Source of the DNA: a bacterium
GTDB lineage: Bacteria; Elusimicrobiota; Elusimicrobia; UBA1565; UBA9628
Direction: 5' to 3'
Assembly (NCBI GenBank): GCA_021822495.1
Contig: JAKAQO010000001.1
Span: 264,808-328,807, forward strand
DNA: 64,000 nucleotides
Under the pieces are notes generated by a model. The model ran no database searches and was not told where the DNA came from. It saw nothing but the letters and a program-made list of their open reading frames with translations. The position numbers and the translations under genes are program-made. Below are positions 49,371 to 58,646 of the stretch, piece by piece (the first letter of the stretch is position 1; each line of letters opens with the position of its first letter).

Positions 49371-51098
49371 ATGCGAAAATCATTAGCTTTGCTGATAGTA
49401 GCGCTTCTGGCGCGCCCGGTATTCTCTAACTCATCTCAAACCTTCATTCTCGCTCAAGTAGATGAAATCACCAGCCTCGACCCGGCCTATCCTTATGATA
49501 ACGCCAGCCAAAACGTCATTTTTAATGTTTATGATACCTTGCTGGGTTTTGACCGTTCGTCTTTCATCCATTTAATTCCTTCAATAGCGACCCAGGTTCC
49601 CTCGCGGAAAAACGGAGGCATCTCCGCAAATGGACGAGTCTACCGTTTTCATATCCGAAAAGGTATTCATTTTCAAGATGGAGAGATATTGACTCCTGAG
49701 GATGTTCGCTATTCTTTGCTCCGCTTCATGCTGATGGATCGTCCCGGAGGTCCCTCAAGCCTTCTCCTCAAACCCATTTTGGGAATTGACTCCACCCAGG
49801 AGAAAGGAGTGTCCCTCAAATCTATTTTCGATTCCGCTCAAAAAGCCGTGCGCGTGGAAGGGCAAGACGTCGTCATTACTCTCAAGCGGCCTTTTGCTCC
49901 ATTTTTATCCATCATGGCCCGCTGGTCTTATGTCTTGCCAAAAAACTGGGCCGCCCAACACGGAGACTGGGACGGAACCTTCGCTTCCCTCCTTCATTTC
50001 AATCGCCCATCGGAAGACCGAAGCTATCTGCGAAACCACATGGATGGAAGCGGCCCTTTTAAACTCATGCTCTGGAATCCCATTTCCAAATATATCATCC
50101 TAAAGAGAAACGAGTATTATTGGCGAAAACCCGCCGCCCTGTCCCAGGTCATTATTCGCACCATCCCGGAATTTTCAACCCAAAAGTTAATGCTCAAGGC
50201 CGGAGACGTGGACGCCGTCAACGTGTCTCCCGCTTTTTTAAGCGAGGTTTCCAATATCCCAGAGGTAAGAATTGTTTCCCATCTCCCGCGCATTGCGACC
50301 GACCCGGTCTTCTTCTTTACTTTCCAGATTAGCCCCACCGCCAATCGCGATATCGGTTCCGGCCGTTTGGGAGAAGACGGAATCCCTCCCGATTTTTTCT
50401 CCGACTTGGACGTTCGCCTCGGCATGACCTACGCCTTTGACGCTAAAACCTTCGTTGGCGACGCTTTGAAAGGCGAAGGAACCATAGCCAAAAGCGTGGT
50501 TCCCCCCAAACTCCTGCCAACGCGCGTGAAAATTCCCTACCGCTCTTACAATCTCCAAAAAGCTGTCTTCCATTTTAAGCGCGCATTCCATGGACAAGTT
50601 TGGAAAAAAGGATTTCATTTTACCCTTACCTACAACACCGGTTCCGAAAATCGTATGGCCGCAGCCCTTATCCTGAAAAAGAACGTGGAAGCGCTCAACC
50701 CAAAATTTCACATCGATGTTCGCGGCCTGGACTGGCCCTCGTTTTTAGACAAAAGCGAAAAGCATTTGATGCCAATTTTCGTGCGCGGCTGGTACGCGGA
50801 TTATCCCGACGCCTATAATTTTCTTAATGCGTTCTACGCCTCAAACGGGCGCTATCCCTTGGAGCAAAAATATCAGGACCCTCAAATGGACTCGCTTGTA
50901 AAAAAATTAGCGGAAAGCCCGAACCGTCTCAAACGGATCGAATGGGAAAAGAAAATCTTAACGCGCGCAAGTAAAAACGCACCCAATATCCCGGTCGCTA
51001 ACCCAACCGCCATTTACGCCTTAAGGCGCGAGGTTGAGGGTTTTTATGATAACCCCATTGCCTTGGGACTCGATTATTACTATATAAGGAAAAAATGA
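49371..51098 (+). CDS. Peptide ABC transporter substrate-binding protein (paralogue of 15113-16921)
   Basis: SLDPAYPYD, PEDVRYSLLRFM, DGIPPDFFSD, GWYADYPDA; start ATG 49371. Confidence 0.92.
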   Translation: MRKSLALLIVALLARPVFSNSSQTFILAQVDEITSLDPAYPYDNASQNVIFNVYDTLLGFDRSSFIHLIPSIATQVPSRKNGGISANGRVYRFHIRKGIHFQDGEILTPEDVRYSLLRFMLMDRPGGPSSLLLKPILGIDSTQEKGVSLKSIFDSAQKAVRVEGQDVVITLKRPFAPFLSIMARWSYVLPKNWAAQHGDWDGTFASLLHFNRPSEDRSYLRNHMDGSGPFKLMLWNPISKYIILKRNEYYWRKPAALSQVIIRTIPEFSTQKLMLKAGDVDAVNVSPAFLSEVSNIPEVRIVSHLPRIATDPVFFFTFQISPTANRDIGSGRLGEDGIPPDFFSDLDVRLGMTYAFDAKTFVGDALKGEGTIAKSVVPPKLLPTRVKIPYRSYNLQKAVFHFKRAFHGQVWKKGFHFTLTYNTGSENRMAAALILKKNVEALNPKFHIDVRGLDWPSFLDKSEKHLMPIFVRGWYADYPDAYNFLNAFYASNGRYPLEQKYQDPQMDSLVKKLAESPNRLKRIEWEKKILTRASKNAPNIPVANPTAIYALRREVEGFYDNPIALGLDYYYIRKK

Positions 51099-51742
51099 AA
51101 CTCGCCGATCGCTCCAAACAAGCCGGAAAAGTTCTCAAAGGTCTCAAAACGCTCTACCCGGACGCTCACTGCGAACTTAATTTCAGCTCCCCTTGGGAAT
51201 TAGCGGTGGCCACAATCCTATCAGCTCAATGCACCGATAAAAGAGTCAACGCCGTCACTCCCCGTCTTTTCAAGAAATACAGGACAATCGAAGATTACGC
51301 CAAAGCCGATATCAAAGAAATTGAGTCTATTATTCGCTCGACCGGTTTTTTTCGCTCCAAAGCGCTCTCCATCCAAGAATCGGCAAAAGTTCTTCTCAAG
51401 GACTTTAACGGTCAAATGCCCAAAACCATGGCCGAATTGACAAAACTTCGCGGCGTCGCCAGAAAAACCGCCAACGTCATTTTGGGAACGGCTTTTGGCC
51501 GCGCGGAAGGAATTGTCGTTGACACTCATGTCCAACGCCTTTCATTAAGACTGGGGCTTACGAAAAAAACCAATCCCGTCGCCATCGAAAAAGACCTCAT
51601 GCCGCTCATCCCGCGAAAGAATTGGATTTTTTTCGGGCACGCTTTGGTTTTGCACGGCAGAAGAATTTGCGCGGCAAGAAAGCCGCTTTGCCCATCCTGC
51701 TTCTTTAAACCCTTCTGCCCTTATGAATTTAAAAACAAATGA
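51095..51742 (+). CDS. nth: Endonuclease III
   Basis: ILSAQCTD, GVARKTANV, VDTHV, C-x6-C-x2-C-x5-C. Confidence 0.95.
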   Translation: MKLADRSKQAGKVLKGLKTLYPDAHCELNFSSPWELAVATILSAQCTDKRVNAVTPRLFKKYRTIEDYAKADIKEIESIIRSTGFFRSKALSIQESAKVLLKDFNGQMPKTMAELTKLRGVARKTANVILGTAFGRAEGIVVDTHVQRLSLRLGLTKKTNPVAIEKDLMPLIPRKNWIFFGHALVLHGRRICAARKPLCPSCFFKPFCPYEFKNK

Positions 51743-51811
51743 ACCAACCTTTTTACCGTTTTTTTACCATCCTGTCACAAATTTGATACAAAGAAGGAGA
51801 ACTATAACCTT

Positions 51812-52915
51812 ATGGCAGACAAAGAACTGACTTTAAACCAACTTCTACAAGAGGCCATCACGGTTGGAGGAAGCGATCTCCATCTAATTCAAGGCACCTC
51901 TCCCATGGTCCGGGTTTCAGGCGAAATAGCGGCGTTAAAGCATCCTGCCTTATATTCCGATCAAATCATGGCCCTCGTTAAACCCTTTATTGATGAGAAC
52001 GAATCAGAATCTTTTAAAAAAGAGTGTAAACTTCATTTTTCGAGAAGCATTGAATCTCTGGGACGATTTCGTTTCTCTATTTATCGCGCCCTGGGAACAG
52101 TCGGGGCAACTATTCGCATTATCACAAGCAAGATTTATCCCTTGGCCTCCTTGGGACTTCCCCCCATCGTGGGGAATCTCATTACCCGGCGAACAGGAAT
52201 TATTTTAGTCACCGGCCCCACTGGAAGCGGAAAAAGCACCACCATGGCCGCAATGATTGAACAAGTCAATCAGAACGGACGCCCTCAAAAAATAATCACC
52301 ATTGAAGATCCCATTGAAACTATTTTCAAACCTGCCCATTGCATTTTCGTCCAAAGGGAAGTCGGAGTCGACACCCCTTCTTTCGAGATGGGAACCTTGG
52401 ACGCTTTAAGACAAGACCCTGATATTCTATGTATCGGAGAACTTCGGGATGCAAAATCCATTCAGGCCGCGATGCTGGCCGCAGAAACGGGGCACTTGGT
52501 CATCACCACCCTCCACACCCGGGACGCGTCAAAAACAGCCCAAAGAATCATCTCTTCTTTTCCGGAAGCCGACCAGCAAGCCCTCAGCGAGCAGTTCGCC
52601 TCAACGATTGAAGCCGTCATCTCCCAGGAACTTTTGCCGCGCGCGGACGGAAAGGGGATGGTGCTGGCGCCTGAAATCTTAATCGCAACATCGGCAGTCC
52701 GCCAACTCATCCGCGAAAGACGCCTTGAAGCCATAAACGACGCCATTCAAGCCGGAACCTCGGTCGGAATGGTTCCTAAGGACATGTGGCTTAAGAATCT
52801 GCTTCAGAAAAGTGTCATTTCCCGGGAGACCGCTCTTGCGGCGGCGCATAACGTACAAATGATTGATGAGAAAGCTCCTCCTCCGAAAGAAAATCTATTT
52901 TTCCGAAAGCTTTAA
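51812..52915 (+). CDS. pilT: Type IV pilus retraction ATPase (PilT/PilU family)
   Basis: SDLHL, GPTGSGKST, TIEDPIE, LRQDPD, GELRD, TLHT, AVRQLIRE. Confidence 0.88.
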   Translation: MADKELTLNQLLQEAITVGGSDLHLIQGTSPMVRVSGEIAALKHPALYSDQIMALVKPFIDENESESFKKECKLHFSRSIESLGRFRFSIYRALGTVGATIRIITSKIYPLASLGLPPIVGNLITRRTGIILVTGPTGSGKSTTMAAMIEQVNQNGRPQKIITIEDPIETIFKPAHCIFVQREVGVDTPSFEMGTLDALRQDPDILCIGELRDAKSIQAAMLAAETGHLVITTLHTRDASKTAQRIISSFPEADQQALSEQFASTIEAVISQELLPRADGKGMVLAPEILIATSAVRQLIRERRLEAINDAIQAGTSVGMVPKDMWLKNLLQKSVISRETALAAAHNVQMIDEKAPPPKENLFFRKL

Positions 52916-52930
52916 TTCTTAGGCAAACCT

Positions 52931-53770
52931 TTAGCGCATCTTTTTGGAAAAAGATTCTATATCCTGGCCGTCATAGAAGTGAATTTGCTTCAAGCGCCTA
53001 AGGCCTCCCCAATGGACGATCTTCTCGGCGTCATCCAATAAGATTCCGGGATAAACTTTTCCATGAACGATAGCTAGCTTTCCTTGCGCGCGCAAGACAA
53101 CTCCTCCAAAATCAGGCCCGTAACGCTGCGCAAAATCCTCGATCTGGGAAACAAAGGGAACCGCGTCCGAAACTTGATAGAGCGAATACGCATCCTGGAT
53201 AAAAAGAATCTCGTCAAAAGCGGTCTTGTCCCATTCCCCGGCCACTTCCCGGCGCCCAATTCCCTCGGAAAATAATTTCTTCGCCTCTAAGACCTTTAAA
53301 TTGAAGTCTTTCGCGAATTTTGGATGGCGAGCGCCGTATTCAACCATAAACAAGACGCGATTGACCCGCGCGTAAAAAAAACTGTCCTCAGTCTCGACGG
53401 GAAGCCCTAAAGAGGCGATGGACAAGGCCCGAATCAAGGCCAAATCAAATTCCGGAGATGGAGGCGACAATAAAGCATTTTTATCGAACAAAATTCGAGA
53501 ATTCGGTTCCCAGGCGAAATTAACCAGGCGATTTTTTTTGACTGATCCAATAAAATCAGGGATAAATTCCGTCTCAGCCAGGAGTTTTCGTCCGATTTTT
53601 GTTTCCGAAATTTCTTTTTCCGCTTTTTTTAAATGTCGCGCCTGGACAAAAGACAATCCTGTTTCGGAAAAACCAAGTTCATTGGGAGAAACGACGGGTT
53701 GCGCAAAAGAGAGACCGGCGCAGGAAATAATGAGAGCCGAAAGCCAAAGTTTCAAATCACGCAGTCCCAA
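52931..53770 (-). CDS. Hypothetical exported protein
   Basis: Signal-like N-terminus; co-directional overlap with the reductase gene end. Confidence 0.6.
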   Translation of the reverse strand: MGLRDLKLWLSALIISCAGLSFAQPVVSPNELGFSETGLSFVQARHLKKAEKEISETKIGRKLLAETEFIPDFIGSVKKNRLVNFAWEPNSRILFDKNALLSPPSPEFDLALIRALSIASLGLPVETEDSFFYARVNRVLFMVEYGARHPKFAKDFNLKVLEAKKLFSEGIGRREVAGEWDKTAFDEILFIQDAYSLYQVSDAVPFVSQIEDFAQRYGPDFGGVVLRAQGKLAIVHGKVYPGILLDDAEKIVHWGGLRRLKQIHFYDGQDIESFSKKMR

Positions 53771-55166
53771 CGGCGGAATCCAGAGCGCTCAGCATATCCG
53801 AGACGCGGGAAAATTTCTCTCGTGTTTTGCCCTTCCTTTTTCCTTCTTCGATTTCGATTTGATCGAGTTTTTTCCATTCGGGAAAGGAGACAAATCGGCG
53901 CCGGCGTTCCCTTAAAAATTGTTCCATGGAAGCGGGTGGATGAACGGGCGGAACTGTCCAGCCGAATTTTCCGGCCAAGGCGTCCTCCAACATCCCTTTG
54001 ACAGTGGCGACCGAGTCGGCGCGGTTGGTACCGATGAGACCGCTCGGCCCTCTCTTAGCCCACCCCACCACGTATTCTCCCATACAGGGATTCTTTAAGT
54101 CCGAGGAAAGAACCCGCCCTTCCCGGTTGGGAATTTTTCCAGATTTTAAATCAAACGGAACTCCGGAAATGGGCGCGCCGCGATATCCAACCGAACGAAA
54201 GACAAGGCCGGCCGGCAATGTCTCAAACTGTCCGGTTCCCACGGCCTTGGCCTTTCCGTTTCCATCAGATACTAGGCGATTTTTCTCGATCTTAAGCCCC
54301 CCAACCCGGCCATCCTCAATAACGATTTCAACGGGAGAAACACAAAAACGAAGCCGAATTTTTCTGGGCTTATTTCCTTCTCCCATCTTCGCCTGGGCCT
54401 GGACATAATCGACATTCTTTTTATTTTCGGGATTCAGATAGTCGGTCTTTGAGGCTTCATCCAGCCGCGCCTCGTCTTCCCTGACCACCAAATCCGCCGT
54501 CGTAAGGCTTCCCAGCTCCTTAATCTCCGCCGGAGAATACGCGGCTTGGGCCGGGCCCCGACGCCCTAAAAGATAGACGATCTTGATTCGGCTCTGCCTT
54601 AAAGTTTCAAGAGCGTAATCCGCGATATCGGTCTTGGCTAGGATTTCCGGGCCTTCGGCCAAAATCCGCGCGACATCAATGGCGACGTTCCCAACTCCCA
54701 CAATCGCCGCGCTTTCGCAAGATAAATCGAATTTCTGATCCCGATAATCGGGATGGGCGTTGTACCATCCGACAAAAGCGGTCGCGGAATGACTGCCCAA
54801 AGCGTCTTCTCCGGGAATTACCATTTTTCGGTCCGTCTCAGCCCCGACCGCATAAACGATTTGATGATAGCGTTCTTTTAAATCAGAAACCTGGATGTCC
54901 TTTCCTAATTGAATATTCCCAAAAAAACGAAAACCCGGAAGCTGCGCGATTTTTTCATAAACTGCGGTCACGGCCTTGATTTTTTGGTGATCCGGAGCCA
55001 CCCCGCCGCGAACAAGCCCATAGGGAGTGGGCAAACGATCGAAAAGATCAACTTCAACCGGAACCTCTTTTTGCTTAAGAAGGGCCTCGGCGGCATAAAA
55101 GCCGGAGGGGCCGGAACCAACAATCGCCACCCGTAAAATTTTTTGAGAAAACTTGTCATCCGCCAT
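53757..55166 (-). CDS. Ferredoxin/adrenodoxin-NADP+ reductase (FprA-like)
   Basis: GSGPSG, PYGLVRGGVAPDH, GVGNVAIDVAR, GRRGPAQ, GWAKRGPSGLIGTN; start ATG 55166. Confidence 0.9.
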   Translation of the reverse strand: MADDKFSQKILRVAIVGSGPSGFYAAEALLKQKEVPVEVDLFDRLPTPYGLVRGGVAPDHQKIKAVTAVYEKIAQLPGFRFFGNIQLGKDIQVSDLKERYHQIVYAVGAETDRKMVIPGEDALGSHSATAFVGWYNAHPDYRDQKFDLSCESAAIVGVGNVAIDVARILAEGPEILAKTDIADYALETLRQSRIKIVYLLGRRGPAQAAYSPAEIKELGSLTTADLVVREDEARLDEASKTDYLNPENKKNVDYVQAQAKMGEGNKPRKIRLRFCVSPVEIVIEDGRVGGLKIEKNRLVSDGNGKAKAVGTGQFETLPAGLVFRSVGYRGAPISGVPFDLKSGKIPNREGRVLSSDLKNPCMGEYVVGWAKRGPSGLIGTNRADSVATVKGMLEDALAGKFGWTVPPVHPPASMEQFLRERRRRFVSFPEWKKLDQIEIEEGKRKGKTREKFSRVSDMLSALDSAVGTA

Positions 55167-55207
55167 AACGCCCCCTTTAACCCTTCTCATGCCTTTTCCA
55201 ATCAATC

Positions 55208-55233
55208 GTAAGGACGGCATTGCCCCAACCATA
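55208..55233 (-). repeat. 26-bp REP-like repeat (second family)
   Basis: Minus strand TATGGTTGGGGCAATGCCGTCCTTAC. Confidence 0.55.
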
Positions 55234-55278
55234 AGCGCCCTGTCGCGAAAGAAGGGGCTAATAAGTAAAATATTTAAA

Positions 55279-56835
55279 ATGGGACTTATACATCAAGCGA
55301 AAAATAACGACCCCGTCGAGACTCTTCAAGAGCTTCTCAAACGCAGAGCCCAAGAAGCTCCGGGGAAGCCCTTTCTTTTCTTTAAAGACCAAATTTGGAG
55401 CAGACAAGAATTGGATATCGCCTCAAGCATCTTGGCCCAGGAAATCAAGGACCTTGGCGTCAAAGCCCAAGACCGCGTCGCCCTCATTGTTCCCAATGGA
55501 CCGGAATTCATCCTTCATTTCTTTGGAATCCTCAAGGCGGGAGCTCTCGTCGTTCCGGTCAACACCGCACTCAAAGAAGAAGAGATTTCTTTTATTCTCA
55601 AAGACTCAGGCGCGGTCTGCGCCTTCACGGGGCCGTCTCATGAGAAAAGCCTCAAATCCTTGACTGACCGCATCCCTTCCCTCAAAACCATTCAAGCTCT
55701 CCCTTTGGGGGAAGACAAAAATTTCTGGCTCAAAAAGGGGACAGTCCCCTTTATTGAGGAAAAGGGGACTGTCCCCTTTTCGGCGAGCCTCATCTACACC
55801 TCGGGAACGACCGGTTTCCCCAAAGGCGCCGAACTCACACATCGCAACTATCTGTTTGACGTGCAGAAATTCGTCGAAGCGACTCAAATGAATGAGTCCG
55901 ACCGGTTTTTATGTTTTCTGCCCCTTTTTCACGTCAACGCCCAAGTCGTCACTCTTTTATCCCCCCTCTATTGCGGCGGCGCCATGGTCTTGATGGAAAA
56001 ATTCGCGCCCAAGGAATTTTTTGAAACCCTCTCCTCAAAAAAAGCGACCTCCTTTAGCGGGGTTCCGTCCGTCTATTCCGTGCTTTTAGGCGTTCCGGAT
56101 TCCGCTAATTACGATTTATCCTCTCTTCGGTTTTGCATCTGCGGAGCGGCCCCGATGCCGGTTGAGATTTTTGAGCGCTTTGAAAAAAAATTCAACGCCT
56201 ACATCCTCGAGGGATATGGACTCTCGGAAGGAACCTGCGTTTCTTCCATCAACCCGCCGCCCCCGCAAAAAAGAAAAATCGGTTCCATCGGCCTTGCGCT
56301 CAAAGATCAGAATATGAAAATTTTGGATTCCGCAGGAACAGAACTTCCACGCGGGGAGATTGGCGAAATCGCGATTCAAGGCGAAAACGTCATGAAAGGC
56401 TATTGGAATAATTCCTCCGCAACCTCGCAAACCATTAGAGATGGTTGGCTCTACACCGGCGATTTAGGCTATCAAGACGCGAACGGATTTTTCTTTATCG
56501 CGGGGCGTTCAAAAGAAATGATTATCCGCGGCGGAGAAAACATCTACCCCAAGGAAGTGGAAGAGTCCCTCTATCGCCATCCCGCCATTTTGGAAGCGGC
56601 CGTGATTGGACTCCCGGATCAGCGTTGGGGCGAAGAAGTGGCGGCCTTTTTGGTTTTAAAAGAAGGTCAAAGTTTAACCGCCAAGGATGTTCGCCTATTT
56701 CTCAAAGACAAAATCGCCGATTATAAAATCCCGCGGCAAATCGAGATTCTTTCTTCCTTGCCTAAAACGGCGACCGGAAAAATCCAAAAGCTAAAGCTCA
56801 AAAAAGAAATTTGCGAAAGGGAGGGACTCCGATAA
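55279..56835 (+). CDS. Long-chain acyl-CoA ligase / AMP-binding enzyme
   Basis: YTSGTTGFPKG, EGYGLSE, TGDLG, RGGENIYP, LPKTATGKIQK; start ATG 55279. Confidence 0.92.
   Translation: MGLIHQAKNNDPVETLQELLKRRAQEAPGKPFLFFKDQIWSRQELDIASSILAQEIKDLGVKAQDRVALIVPNGPEFILHFFGILKAGALVVPVNTALKEEEISFILKDSGAVCAFTGPSHEKSLKSLTDRIPSLKTIQALPLGEDKNFWLKKGTVPFIEEKGTVPFSASLIYTSGTTGFPKGAELTHRNYLFDVQKFVEATQMNESDRFLCFLPLFHVNAQVVTLLSPLYCGGAMVLMEKFAPKEFFETLSSKKATSFSGVPSVYSVLLGVPDSANYDLSSLRFCICGAAPMPVEIFERFEKKFNAYILEGYGLSEGTCVSSINPPPPQKRKIGSIGLALKDQNMKILDSAGTELPRGEIGEIAIQGENVMKGYWNNSSATSQTIRDGWLYTGDLGYQDANGFFFIAGRSKEMIIRGGENIYPKEVEESLYRHPAILEAAVIGLPDQRWGEEVAAFLVLKEGQSLTAKDVRLFLKDKIADYKIPRQIEILSSLPKTATGKIQKLKLKKEICEREGLR
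55732..55780. repeat. Inverted pair of GGGGAC(A/T)GTCCCC palindromes inside the ligase CDS
   Basis: AAAAAGGGGACAGTCCCCTTT-ATTGAGG-AAAAGGGGACTGTCCCCTTTT encoding KKGTVPFIEEKGTVPF. Confidence 0.85.
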
Positions 56836-58160
56836 GAAATTTTGACGCCGTCGTCATCGGAGGCGGAATCACGGGCGCGGGTATTGCGCGGGATCTCTCC
56901 ATGCGCGGGGTTAAGACGCTTTTACTTGAAAAAAATTCGTTCGGGCAAGCGACCACGGCCTCTTCCTCCCACATGATTCACGGGGGACTGCGCTATTTGA
57001 TGTATGACCGCTTAACGACTCAAACCACCTGCTGGGATTCGGGAAACATTCTCCAAATCGCGAGAAAAAATCTGACCCGCCTTCCCATTCTTTGGCCGGT
57101 TTACCGGGGGCACGCCCATGGAATTGAAACGGTTGAAACCCTTTTGGAATCCTACGATCAATTCCAAGTCATGAAGGGCGGGCTCAAACACCTGCGCCTC
57201 TCCAAGGAAGAAACGCTTTCTCTCATCCCCGGTCTTAAGGCCGAGGGGCTCGTGGGCGCCCTCTCCTTTGATGAATGGTGGGTAAACCCGGTCGAACTCG
57301 TCCAAAAAAATCTTGAGTCCGCGAAAAAATACGGGGCTCAAATCGAAGAAAAAAGAGAGGCTGATGAATTTATTTTCCAAAGCCGGAAAATCGTGGGTCT
57401 TAAATCCGCCGGAGAAGAAATTTACGCGAAAATTGTCATCAACGCCGCGGGGCCCTGGATTGATGAAGTGTCTCAACTCGCTCAAATTCGCATTCCGCTT
57501 CGCCTTCAAAAAGGAACCCATTTGGTTTACAAGGAAAAACTGATTCCCTTCGGGCTAATTCTTCAAACCCAGGATGAGAGATACGTCTTTGTCATTCCTT
57601 CGCCCCAGGGAACCTTGATTGGCCCCACGGACCTCGCAACTAAGGAAAAACCGGGCCAAATCAAAACCTCGGAGGAAGAAATTCAATACCTTTTAAAGAC
57701 GGCCGCCCATTATTTGCCATCTTTTCCCTCGCGCTATGATTCCACCATTGTTGGGGCGCGTCCCATTCTCGCTCAAAAAGGAAATGAAAAACTCCTATCC
57801 CGCGGATTTGAAGTTTTGGATCACCTCAAGCGGGATGGAATTGAAGGGTTCATCACCATCGGCGGCGGAAAAATGTCTGATTTTAGACTCATGGCTGAAG
57901 AAACCTCAAATCTCGCCTGCGAAAAACTGGGCGTTCAAGCTCCCTGCAAAACTGCGCTTGAAACTTTAGATGGAAAACCGCTTTCCCCTTCTTCATTTAA
58001 GCGCCCTTCCTCCACCCTTGAACGGTTTCTCAAAGCCTATCCCCGTCTCCGGGAAACCCACGCCTTTCTGCACCTGGCCCTGGCTTTTTTGAGACACAGC
58101 GTTTATTCTCAAAAAACTTCTTCTGAATTTACTTCTTATTATTCCCAGCTGGCGCCTTGA
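56811..58160 (+). CDS. FAD-dependent glycerol-3-phosphate dehydrogenase/oxidase-like protein
   Basis: GGGITGAGIARD, MIHGGLRYL, NAAGPW, KGTHLV, GARP, GGK; start TTG 56811 or ATA 56832. Confidence 0.88.
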   Translation: MRKGGTPIRNFDAVVIGGGITGAGIARDLSMRGVKTLLLEKNSFGQATTASSSHMIHGGLRYLMYDRLTTQTTCWDSGNILQIARKNLTRLPILWPVYRGHAHGIETVETLLESYDQFQVMKGGLKHLRLSKEETLSLIPGLKAEGLVGALSFDEWWVNPVELVQKNLESAKKYGAQIEEKREADEFIFQSRKIVGLKSAGEEIYAKIVINAAGPWIDEVSQLAQIRIPLRLQKGTHLVYKEKLIPFGLILQTQDERYVFVIPSPQGTLIGPTDLATKEKPGQIKTSEEEIQYLLKTAAHYLPSFPSRYDSTIVGARPILAQKGNEKLLSRGFEVLDHLKRDGIEGFITIGGGKMSDFRLMAEETSNLACEKLGVQAPCKTALETLDGKPLSPSSFKRPSSTLERFLKAYPRLRETHAFLHLALAFLRHSVYSQKTSSEFTSYYSQLAP

Positions 58161-58184
58161 TCAGAAACGTTTCACGCGATTTCG

Positions 58185-58646
58185 CTAACGCATCGTTAGA
58201 ACGGGAGTCGGAGGTTCTTCGTTGAGAAGCAACCAGTAGAGGCCTATTTGGCGGGCGGCCTCGGCGAATTGAATAAAATCTACGGGCTTTCGGACATAGC
58301 TGTTGACCCCGTGATCGTAAGCGTCGACAAGGTCTTGCTCTTCCTTGGAAGAGGTCAACATGATAATCGGCAATCGCCGGGTTCTATCGTCGGCCCTCAC
58401 GCGCTTAAGAACCTCGATGCCTCCAATCTTGGGCAAGTTGATATCCAGAAGAACGATCGCCGTCCGCGCATTTTCGCCCCGCCCGGCATAAGGGCCTTGA
58501 AAAAACAAATAATCCAGGGCTTCCGCCCCATCCGAGACGACGCGAATTTCATTAGAAATATCGGCTTTTTTAAATGCCCTTAAGGCCAAGGCGACATCGT
58601 CCGGGTTATCCTCGACCAGCAGTATGGTCCCCTGTCTCGTCTTCAT
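58185..58646 (-). CDS. Single-domain response regulator (Rcp1-like)
   Basis: ILLVEDNPDD, LLDINLPK, LTSS, NSYVRKPVDF; start ATG 58646 behind GGAGG. Confidence 0.92.
   Translation of the reverse strand: MKTRQGTILLVEDNPDDVALALRAFKKADISNEIRVVSDGAEALDYLFFQGPYAGRGENARTAIVLLDINLPKIGGIEVLKRVRADDRTRRLPIIMLTSSKEEQDLVDAYDHGVNSYVRKPVDFIQFAEAARQIGLYWLLLNEEPPTPVLTMR

Noticed and set aside
27883-51742. Two HhH-GPD genes as a special repair system
   Set aside because: Having nth plus an endonuclease III-related paralogue is common, and they are unlinked
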